Under the pieces are notes generated by a model, which had not been told where the DNA came from, ran no database searches, and worked only from the letters and a program-made list of their open reading frames with translations. A DNA stretch of 38,157 nt, taken from assembly GCA_041483455.1 (NCBI GenBank), contig JBGPFS010000003.1, positions 1 through 38,157 on the forward strand, read 5' to 3'. The translations under genes were made by a program, and so were the position numbers. Position 1 is the first letter of the stretch; the number at the start of each line of letters is the position of its first letter. Positions 25,536 through 35,562 of the stretch are shown here, piece after piece. The DNA comes from Candidatus Limnocylindria bacterium. GTDB lineage: Bacteria; Chloroflexota; Limnocylindria; Limnocylindrales; CSP1-4.

Positions 25536-26180
25536 CTAGCGGCTTCGGTCCTGCCAGCTCACCCCGCCGAGCGGCGACCCCGGCAGCTTCTGATGGGGCG
25601 CCCCCGTCCGCTTGTCGACCTGCTCGACGCCGCGCAGGTAGCGCCGGTTGACCAGGAGCGCATCCGTCTCCGCCTCGCCGAGCCGGCGCTCGCCGTACAT
25701 GGCGACCGCGTCCGTCACGGCGACGAACATCTCGGTCGAGCGTTCGAGGAGCCGGTCGGGTTCGGAGCCGGGGTGGAGATGGACCGTCCCGATCACCCGG
25801 AACGGCGGCACCTCGAGCGCCACGTCGTAGGCGATCTTGTGGACCCGGTGAGCAGCCCGCTCGTCGTCGGACAGGTCCGGCAGCGTCTCCTGCCCGGCCA
25901 TCACCAGGATGAGGTCGTACGGATCGACGCTGCGCAGGCCCGGGACCGGGACCAGCGGCCCGGATCCGTCGAGCGGCTGCCAGGAGACGTCGCCGATCGT
26001 GATCGGCTCGCGCTTGTTCAGGGCGTCCGAGAGGCGGTCGTCGATCTCCATCCGGCCGACGAGACGCCACTCCTCGGTGAACCCATCGAACGCGATCCCC
26101 TTCGCCGGGCGGCCAGCCGCCTCAGCGGCCCCTGTCGGGGCTCCGGCTGGCTTCCTGCGCCTGAGGAAGTCGAAGGGCAC
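25536..26180 (-). CDS. Conserved hypothetical protein with two similar beta-rich modules
   Basis: WRLVGRM...RLSDALN and FRVIGTVHL...FVAVTDA...LLVNR; GTG start 2 bp after the acs stop with GGAGGA RBS. Confidence 0.8.
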   Translation of the reverse strand: MPFDFLRRRKPAGAPTGAAEAAGRPAKGIAFDGFTEEWRLVGRMEIDDRLSDALNKREPITIGDVSWQPLDGSGPLVPVPGLRSVDPYDLILVMAGQETLPDLSDDERAAHRVHKIAYDVALEVPPFRVIGTVHLHPGSEPDRLLERSTEMFVAVTDAVAMYGERRLGEAETDALLVNRRYLRGVEQVDKRTGAPHQKLPGSPLGGVSWQDRSR

Positions 26181-26182
26181 GC

Positions 26183-28153
<1,971 letters not shown>

Positions 28154-28200
28154 GGGACCCTCACGGCTTGATCGCCTGCTCGCCCCCCGATTGTAGCCGC

Positions 28201-28262
28201 CGGCCCGGGGTCCGAGCGGCCCGCGGCCCGAGCGGCCCGGGGTCCCGAGCGTCCCGGCGGCC
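28201..28262. repeat. Degenerate 16-17-bp tandem repeat (CCGAGCGGCCCGGGGT-like)
   Basis: CCGAGCG at 28212, 28228 and 28245, in the intergenic region between mscS and acs. Confidence 0.6.
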
Positions 28263-28268
28263 GGGGGC

Positions 28269-29177
28269 TCATCCGGGGGCTGAGCCGGGGGCGTCGATGC
28301 CGGGTCCGGAGCTCGACTCCCCGGCCGCCTGGACCGCCCCCGACGCCCCGGGGGGCGGCGGGGGCTCGATCCCCTGCGCCGCCATCGCGACGAGGATCCG
28401 CTTGCGCAGCTCGGCGGAGACCGGGATCATCTCGCCGGCCCGGGCCCGACCGACGATCTTCAGGGTGATCCCGCGCTCGCCGAGCTGGTCGACCCGGTCG
28501 ACCCGTGGCTCTTCGAGGACGCGATCCGCCCAGACCGGGTCGGCCGCGATCTCGCTCCCGACCGCGTCGAAGACCTGGATCGCCCGTTCCACGTCGCTCC
28601 CGTAGGCGATGACCACGTCGAGGTCGACCCGCCGCCAGACGCGGGTCCGGTTCGAGGCCACGATGATCGCTCCGTTCGGCACGGAGTGGACGACCCCGTC
28701 CACGTCACGGAGGACCGTTCGTCGGAGCGTCAGGTCCTCGACCGTCCCGGTGACGTCGGCGATCGTGACGACGTCACCGCGCCCGTACTGGTTCTCGAGG
28801 AAGATGAGCAGGCCCCCGAAGTAGTCCCGGATGATCGCCTGGGCCCCGAATCCGATCGCGATCCCGGCCACCCCGAGGCCCGCGACGGCCGGTCCGACAT
28901 CGAGACCGAGGATCTCCAGGATCCAGACGGCGACGATCGTGATCGCGAACACCTGGGCCACCGACCGGGCCAGCGATTCGATCGTCGCGTACCGCTTCCG
29001 GATCTCGTCCGCGTCGCCGGCCGGAGCGTCGGCCTCGGCTCGGGCGCGAAGGGCCGCGACGAACCGGCGGATCGCCGTCAGAAGGAGCCGTACGACGACG
29101 ATCGCGACCGCGACGAGGACGACGATGGCGAGGAATCGGACGGTTGCCGCCTCGAGGAACGTGGACACGGTAGACAT
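28269..29177 (-). CDS. Small-conductance mechanosensitive channel (MscS family)
   Basis: AGLGVAGIAIGFGAQAIIRDYFGG, GDVV, GTVEDLTLRRT, VPNG. Confidence 0.93.
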   Translation of the reverse strand: MSTVSTFLEAATVRFLAIVVLVAVAIVVVRLLLTAIRRFVAALRARAEADAPAGDADEIRKRYATIESLARSVAQVFAITIVAVWILEILGLDVGPAVAGLGVAGIAIGFGAQAIIRDYFGGLLIFLENQYGRGDVVTIADVTGTVEDLTLRRTVLRDVDGVVHSVPNGAIIVASNRTRVWRRVDLDVVIAYGSDVERAIQVFDAVGSEIAADPVWADRVLEEPRVDRVDQLGERGITLKIVGRARAGEMIPVSAELRKRILVAMAAQGIEPPPPPGASGAVQAAGESSSGPGIDAPGSAPG

Positions 29178-29233
29178 CCTATCGGGCCGGGGGGCAGGCC
29201 GGGGGGCGGACGGGACGGGCGGACCGCCGGCCG

Positions 29234-30037
29234 TCAGGCCGCCGCGCCGCCGAGCCGGAGCGAGATGGCCGTGGCGGCTTCGCGAACCTGGAGCGCGAGC
29301 TACGGGATCCGCTTCGAGGTGAGCCGGAACTCCGGGCCCCAGATGTCCACGGCCGCGACGACCTGGCCTCGTGCGTCGTGGACCGGCGCCGCGACCGCAT
29401 TCAGCCCCCGCTTGAACTCCCCGAGCGCGACGGCGTAGCCGCGCCGCCGGATCCGGGCGAGCTCCGCGAGGAGCGGCTCGAGCTCGGTGATCGTCCGGTC
29501 GGTGTACGCGACCAGCCCGGCCCGGACGATCCGGCCGACTTCGCGCTCGGCCACCGCCGCCAGGAGGACCTTGCCCGATGCGACGCAGTGGAGCGGAGTC
29601 GAGCGGTCGGTCCAGTCGCTGACGGCGATGAGATTCGGGCCGTCGGCCTGGGCGACCGTGAGAACGCGATCCGCGCCGTCGAGGATGCCCAGCCCCGTCG
29701 TCTCCCGGGTGAGCCGGGCGAGCCGCTGAAGCTCGGGCGTCGCCAGCCGCCGGAGGTCGAGGGTGCGCTCGGCACGCTCGGCCAGCCGGATCACGATCAG
29801 CCCGAGACGATACTTGCCCGTCTCCTCGTCCTGTTCGACGAGGCCCCGTTTCTCGAGTGTCGCCAGGAGGCGCGACGCCGTCGACTTGTGCAGGCCGAGC
29901 CGACGGGCGAGCTCGGTGACCCCGGCCGCGCCCTGGCAATCGCCCAGCGCGAGCAGGAGCGCGGCCGCGCGATCGACGGACCGGACGGCGTTCCCGTCGA
30001 GGGCCACGGTCTCGCCGGCGGGGCCGACGTGGATCAA
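29234..30037 (-). pseudogene. IclR family transcriptional regulator with in-frame TAG at 29302-29300 (truncated, read through, or sequence error)
   Basis: VRSVDRAAALL...ELARRLGLHKSTASRLL HTH, PLHCVASGKVLLA, IRRRGYA; the frame continues after TAG as LALQVREAATAISLRLGGAAA to TGA at 29236-29234; start TTG 30037 or GTG 30007. Confidence 0.8.
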
Positions 30038-31392
30038 TGGGCCGCGCCGGCCGCGCGCGCCTCGAGGGCGGCGTCGAGCGAGTCCGAGAACGCCTCCAGG
30101 ATCTTCGCCTCGTCGGCGGCGTCGTGGGCGGCGCACAGGAACCACGGCTCGCGGGAATCCGGCTCGGGCATCGCCCCCCGGGCCTGCATGCCGACGGCGA
30201 TCGCGTCGTACAGCTCGTGGTCGGTCTTCACCCAGTCGCGGTACTCGCGGATCTCGGTCTCGGCGAAGATGATCCCGAACATGGCCGGGACGCCGGTGAA
30301 GACGTGGGCCAGGCCCTTCGCGGTCAGCAGCTGCCTGATCCCGCGCTGGATCGACAGTCCCCGCTGGCGGATCCCCTCGATCACCGTCCCGTCCCGGAGG
30401 ATCGACAGCGTCGCGACGGCGGCCGCGGCCGCCACCCGGTTGCCGGCATAGGTGCCACCGTGGCTGACGTGGTCCGGCAGGACGCTCATCACCTCGGCGG
30501 TCCCGCCGAACGCCGCGGCCGGATAACCGTTGCCCATCGCCTTGGCATAGGTCGCCAGGTCCGGGGTGATCCCGAAGAACTCGGCGGCGCCGCCCCGGGC
30601 GAGCCGGAAGCCGGTCTTCACCTCGTCGAAGATGAGCAGCGCGCCGAACTCCTTGGTGAGCGCCCGGACGCCCTGGTGGAAGCCCTCGCGCGGGAGGATC
30701 CCCTGGGCGTTGCCCAGGATCGGCTCGATGATCACCCCGGCGATGTCGTCGCCGTCGCGCTCGAAGACCCGACGGAGCGTCGCGAGATCGTTGAACGGGA
30801 CGGGGATGACCGTCTCGGTGATCTGCTTGGGGATGCCCCGGCCCCAGGTCAGGCGGACCGGGTTGTCGCGGTCGCCGAGCTCGCTCATGTCGGTCGGGGC
30901 GACGCTGATCAGGGCGTAGTCGTGGACACCGTGGTACTGGCCTTCGAATTTCACGATCTTCGTGCGGTTCGTGTAGGCCCGGGCGATCCGCATCGCGTGC
31001 ATCGTGCACTCGGTCCCGGACACCGTCAGGCGGACCTTGTCGACCCACGGGTTCAGGGCCTTGACCAGCTCGCCCGCCTGGACCTCGTCCTCGCTCGTCA
31101 GCGAGAAGCTGACCCCCCGGCGCATCCGCTCGTTGACGTAGTCGTCGACCCGCTCGTCGGCGTGACCCAGGATCACCGGGCCGTAACCCATGCGCAGGTC
31201 CACGAACTCGTTCCCATCGAGGTCCCAGACCCGGCCGCCCTTGCCCCGATCGACGTAGATCGTCTTCTCGCCCCAGGCCCGGAAGTTCGAGTCGGTGCCC
31301 CCGGGCAGGGTCTTGAGCGCGCGGGTCCACATCTCGAGCTGGCGGTCGCGCCGCAGCGTCAGGCCGGGTCGGGCGGCGGGTTCGGCGGTCAT
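30034..31392 (-). CDS. Class III PLP aminotransferase (glutamate-1-semialdehyde aminomutase-like)
   Basis: WDLDGNEFVD, SGTE, FEGQYHG, LIFDEVKTGFR, PDLATYAKAMGNG, GGTYAGN; GGAGGA RBS before ATG 31392. Confidence 0.92.
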   Translation of the reverse strand: MTAEPAARPGLTLRRDRQLEMWTRALKTLPGGTDSNFRAWGEKTIYVDRGKGGRVWDLDGNEFVDLRMGYGPVILGHADERVDDYVNERMRRGVSFSLTSEDEVQAGELVKALNPWVDKVRLTVSGTECTMHAMRIARAYTNRTKIVKFEGQYHGVHDYALISVAPTDMSELGDRDNPVRLTWGRGIPKQITETVIPVPFNDLATLRRVFERDGDDIAGVIIEPILGNAQGILPREGFHQGVRALTKEFGALLIFDEVKTGFRLARGGAAEFFGITPDLATYAKAMGNGYPAAAFGGTAEVMSVLPDHVSHGGTYAGNRVAAAAAVATLSILRDGTVIEGIRQRGLSIQRGIRQLLTAKGLAHVFTGVPAMFGIIFAETEIREYRDWVKTDHELYDAIAVGMQARGAMPEPDSREPWFLCAAHDAADEAKILEAFSDSLDAALEARAAGAAH

Positions 31393-31633
31393 GATTCCTC
31401 CGGTTCGGCGGTCGGCGGGCCCTGGTCCCGGTGACCCGGACGGGCGATCCGCCCGGACGGCTGGGGGGAGCGCAGGTCGCCGTGTTGCGCGCTGCGAGAC
31501 GCTGGGGCCGCCATCTTGGCATATCCGGTTCTGGGCCGTCAATGCGATATTCGGGGCTCGGAGGCCGGAACGCGACGAATCACCACCTTCAGGGTCCCCT
31601 TCACCATGCCGATGCGTGTGCGAAGATGTCGGC

Positions 31634-33211
31634 ATGGCTCACGACGACGGATCGCCGGAGCGCCCCGCCCCCGACGACTCGGTCTCGTACTGGCACACGA
31701 CCGGCCACTCGAGGCGCGAGCCGACGTTCCGGGGTCGGGCGGCGGCGGACGTGGTGATCGTGGGCGGCGGATTCACCGGCCTCTGGACGGCGATCCGGCT
31801 GACCGAGACCGCCCCCGATCTGCGGGTGGTCGTCCTCGAGCAGGCCTACGTCGGGTTCGGAGCGAGCGGGCGGAACGGCGGCTTCTGCGAGGCGAGCCTC
31901 ACCCACGGCTGGGCCAACGCCGTCCGCCAGTTCCCTGACGAGGCGGCCCTTCTCGAGGCGGAGGGGCTCCGGAACCTGGCCGAGCTCGTCGCCTTCACCC
32001 GCGACCAGGCGATCGACTGCGAGCTCGAGGAGACCGGTGTCCTCGAGGTCGCCGGCCGGCCGAGCCAGGTCGAGGCCTTCCGTGCCACCGCTGAGGCGGA
32101 TCGCGCCCGCGGCGCGACCAGCCGGTTCCTCGACCGGGCCGAGCTCCAGGCCGAGGTCCACTCGCCGCTCTGGCTGGCCGGCCTTGAGCGCGGGCCAGAG
32201 CACAACGTCAACCTCAATCCGGCGAAGCTCGCCTGGGGCCTCAAGCGGGTGGCCCTGGAACGGGGCATCCGGATCCACGAGGGGACCCGGGTCACGGCTC
32301 TCGAGCGGCGGGCCGGCGGTGTGCGCGTCCGGACGACCGCCTGGTCGGCGGATCGCGATGAGCCGATGTCGCTCGAGCGTCGGCTCGGGATGAACGCCCC
32401 GTTCCCGTTAGCCGGCGCATTCGCGGGCGCCTTCGGCGGCCGACGCTCGGCGGCCGGCCCAGCCGGCCCCAAGACGGTCGGCTCAGCGGATACCCCGGCG
32501 GATCCCGACGCCGGCGTGGTCGAAGCCGGCCAGGTCGTGATCGCGACCTCGGCCTACAGCGGCTGGTACCCTCGGCTCGGCGGGCTCTTCGTCCCGGTCT
32601 ACGACTACGTCCTCGTGACCGACCCGCTGACGCCCGACCAGGCCGAGGCGATCGGCTGGCGGCGGCGCCAGGGCATGGCCGACTCGGACAACCAGTTCCA
32701 CTACTTTCGGCGGACCGCGGACGATCGGATCCTGTGGGGTGGCTACGACGTCGTCTACCACGCCGGGAACGGGGTCGGGCCGCGCTACGACCGGCGCCCC
32801 GCCACGTTCGAGAAGCTCGAGGCGCACTTCCTCGCCGCGTTCCCGCAGCTCACCGGGATCGGCTTCCCGTTCCGCTGGGGCGGGGCGATCGACACGACGA
32901 GCCGCTTCACCGTCACCTTCGGCCGGGCACTCGGCGACCGGGTCGTCTACGCCCTCGGCTACACCGGGCTGGGGGTGGGCGCGAGTCGCTGGGCGGCGGG
33001 GGTCGTGCGCGACTTCATCCTCCGCCCCGACTCCGACCTGCTGCGGCTTCGCTTCGTCCGCAGCCGCCCGCTGCCCTTCCCGCCGGAGCCGTTCCGGTCG
33101 GTGGTCGTCAACGTCGTCCGGCACGAACTCGGCCGGGCGGATCGCGAGGACGGCCGCCGGGGCCTGATCCTGCGGACCCTCGATGCCCTGGGGATCGGCT
33201 TCGACAGCTGA
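31634..33211 (+). CDS. FAD-dependent oxidoreductase, DAO family (PuuB/OrdL-like amine oxidase)
   Basis: SYW, DVVIVGGGFTGLWTA, GASGRNGG, GYTGLGVGASR. Confidence 0.9.
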   Translation: MAHDDGSPERPAPDDSVSYWHTTGHSRREPTFRGRAAADVVIVGGGFTGLWTAIRLTETAPDLRVVVLEQAYVGFGASGRNGGFCEASLTHGWANAVRQFPDEAALLEAEGLRNLAELVAFTRDQAIDCELEETGVLEVAGRPSQVEAFRATAEADRARGATSRFLDRAELQAEVHSPLWLAGLERGPEHNVNLNPAKLAWGLKRVALERGIRIHEGTRVTALERRAGGVRVRTTAWSADRDEPMSLERRLGMNAPFPLAGAFAGAFGGRRSAAGPAGPKTVGSADTPADPDAGVVEAGQVVIATSAYSGWYPRLGGLFVPVYDYVLVTDPLTPDQAEAIGWRRRQGMADSDNQFHYFRRTADDRILWGGYDVVYHAGNGVGPRYDRRPATFEKLEAHFLAAFPQLTGIGFPFRWGGAIDTTSRFTVTFGRALGDRVVYALGYTGLGVGASRWAAGVVRDFILRPDSDLLRLRFVRSRPLPFPPEPFRSVVVNVVRHELGRADREDGRRGLILRTLDALGIGFDS

Positions 33212-33225
33212 GGAGGGTCGGTCGG

Positions 33226-33693
33226 TCAGCTCGCGCCGACGAGCGGGACCTCACCGATCAGGAGCTGGGCGAGGTGGTCGAGCGCGAGGCGGACATCCCG
33301 ATCGATCGCGGCCGCCACGAGCGCCCGATCGGCATCGCTCGGCGCCAGCTTCAGCGCAAGCTCGGACTCGAAGACGATCCCGACCGAGCTGCGCGTCCCG
33401 GCCGGCGTGACGACCAGGGAGCGCCGGGCACGGGTCCCGTCCGGACATCGCCCGGCGAGGACCAGGAGACGGCCCGCGACGATGTCGTCGACCTCCCAGC
33501 GCAGGTCGACCCGCCGGCCACCGAAGCGCATGACGCCCAGGAACCCCGCGCCGATCCGGTCGAGGATCGGCGTCTCATCGCGCACCTCGACGAACAGCGG
33601 GTCCCAATCCGGGAGCCGCGCGGGCCTGGTCACGAGGTCGAACACGACCTCGGCCGGGGCGTCGACGACCCGGACGTGGCGGATCTCGCCCAT
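33226..33693 (-). CDS. SRPBCC / polyketide cyclase-like protein
   Basis: VDAPAEVVFDLVTRPARLPDWDP N-terminal motif and C-terminal helix; AGGAGG RBS. Confidence 0.82.
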   Translation of the reverse strand: MGEIRHVRVVDAPAEVVFDLVTRPARLPDWDPLFVEVRDETPILDRIGAGFLGVMRFGGRRVDLRWEVDDIVAGRLLVLAGRCPDGTRARRSLVVTPAGTRSSVGIVFESELALKLAPSDADRALVAAAIDRDVRLALDHLAQLLIGEVPLVGAS

Positions 33694-33775
33694 GGCGCAC
33701 CTCCTGGGGCCATGGTCGGCGCCGGACGGAGCACTGCCAAGTGCCTCACGGCCCGTCCGGGCGCCGACCGGCTGG

Positions 33776-35461
33776 TCAGGCCGGGGCGGCGACCCAGGTC
33801 GGCAGCTCGCGGGCGAGCGTCGCCAGCGGCAGCGAGCCGTGGCCCAGGACCGCATCGTGGAAGGCTCGCAGATCGAAGTCCGAGCCGTCCCGAGCCGCGA
33901 TCTCCGCCCTTAGTCGCTCGATCTCGCGGCGACCGAGCATGTAGGTGAGGGCCTGGCCCGGCCAGCAGATGTAGCGGTCGGTCTCGATCGTCGCCTCGAT
34001 CTCGGTGAGGCCGGCCTCGACGAGGAACGCGATCGAGCGCTCCCGCGGCCAGTGCAGCGCGTGGAGTCCCGTGTCCACCACCAACCGCGCTGCCCGCCAG
34101 GCCTGTCCGTCGAGCATGCCGAATCGCTCGCCCTCGCTGCGGTAGAGCCCGAGCTCATCGGCCAGTCGCTCCGAGTACAGCCCCCATCCTTCGACGTATG
34201 CCCCGCCGACGACCCGGGCGCCCAGGCGGCGAAACCGGGACAGCGCCTCGTTCTCCTGCTCGAGGGCGATCTGGAAGTGATGTCCGGGGACCGCCTCGTG
34301 GTAGGTCGTGGTCGCGAGCTTGGTGTAGAGCCCGGTCGAGAGGTCGTAGCCGTTCACGAAGTAGATCCCGTCGCGGCTGCCGTCCGTCGCCGGGGGGTAG
34401 TAGTAGGCGAACGGGCTGTCCGCCTCCTTGTACTCCTCGACCGGACGGACCTCGCAACCGGCGATCGGCAGGCGACCGAAGACCGCCGGAGCGGCCGCCA
34501 TCGCCCGCGCGATGTCCTCGTTCGCGCGGGTGACCAGGTCCGCCTTCGTCCCCGGGAGGTTCGAGGGGTCCGCGGCGAGCGACGCGCGGTACCCCTTCGT
34601 GTCCTCGCCGAAGCCCTGCGACCTGGCGATGGCCCGCCGCTCGGATTCCAGCCGGGCGAGCTCGTCGAGCCCGATCCGGTGGATCTCCTCGGCCGACAGG
34701 TCGAGCGTTGTCCAGGCCCGGATCTGGGTCCGGTACAGCGCGTCGCCGTCCGGCGCGGACCACAGTCCCGGGTCGATCCGGCTCGCCTCGAGATAGCCAT
34801 CCTCGGCCAGCGCGGCCAGGAACCGCTCGTCGGCGGGCCGGATGACCTCGCGGACGAGCGCGACGATCCGCTCCCGGTCGGCCTCGGAGGCGACCTTGGC
34901 CATCGTGGCCACCACGGATGCCTCGGCCGGGGTGGCGAGCAGCCGCTTGAGCTGGGCGATCGTCCGCTCGGTCACGATGCGGGGCGCGGTCAGGCCGGTG
35001 TCGATCCCCTCGCGGAGCAGGTCGCGGATGGCGGCCATGTACTCGCCGTACGCCCGCAGGCGGGCCTCGAATCGGTCCATCCGCTCGGGCGTGTCGACTC
35101 GCTGGAACCCGGTGATCGAGGGCATCAGGGTCTGCGGGCCGGCCATGTGGTCGACCACCTTGAGCAGGTCGGTCCGCTGGTCGTCCTGCTCGATCGCCAG
35201 GTCCGCGATGACCCGCAGCATGTCGAGGGTGATCCGATCCTCGAGGCTCTGGTCGGCCGGGTCCAGCGCGGCGGCCGCCGCCCGGGCCGTCTCGTTGATC
35301 GCCCGGAGACGGGCCCGTCCGGCCGGGCTCGGGTCCTCGAGCCGATCGTCGTAGCGCTCGTCGCCGTAGATGGTGGCGGTCGTCGGGCTCTCGCGGAGGG
35401 TCGCCTCCCAGTACCCGTCGGCGAGGACGTTGACGGGGGACGACGGGTCGTAGTCGGTCAC
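33776..35461 (-). CDS. DUF885 family protein (putative metallopeptidase)
   Basis: YHEAVPGHHFQ, YVEGWGLYSE, RAARLVVDTGLH, PGQALTYMLG, FDLRAFHD. Confidence 0.92.
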   Translation of the reverse strand: MTDYDPSSPVNVLADGYWEATLRESPTTATIYGDERYDDRLEDPSPAGRARLRAINETARAAAAALDPADQSLEDRITLDMLRVIADLAIEQDDQRTDLLKVVDHMAGPQTLMPSITGFQRVDTPERMDRFEARLRAYGEYMAAIRDLLREGIDTGLTAPRIVTERTIAQLKRLLATPAEASVVATMAKVASEADRERIVALVREVIRPADERFLAALAEDGYLEASRIDPGLWSAPDGDALYRTQIRAWTTLDLSAEEIHRIGLDELARLESERRAIARSQGFGEDTKGYRASLAADPSNLPGTKADLVTRANEDIARAMAAAPAVFGRLPIAGCEVRPVEEYKEADSPFAYYYPPATDGSRDGIYFVNGYDLSTGLYTKLATTTYHEAVPGHHFQIALEQENEALSRFRRLGARVVGGAYVEGWGLYSERLADELGLYRSEGERFGMLDGQAWRAARLVVDTGLHALHWPRERSIAFLVEAGLTEIEATIETDRYICWPGQALTYMLGRREIERLRAEIAARDGSDFDLRAFHDAVLGHGSLPLATLARELPTWVAAPA

Positions 35462-35562
35462 TGGATCTCCCGGGTCGGCGGCTACACGGGCGGTCCGCCC
35501 GCCCGTCGGTTCTCGTCAGCGTACACGGCGGAGCGGACCCCGGGCGGCGCGCCCCCGCCGGG

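Noticed and set aside
29300-29302. Pyrrolysine or genome-wide TAG recoding
   Set aside because: TAG ends several intact genes here (3247, 7739, 19111, 20012) and no pyl genes are in the window; a point mutation or error is simpler.
30034-31392. Gene symbol hemL
   Set aside because: Family motifs fit, but the context (IclR, amine oxidase, no hem genes) does not support orthology.
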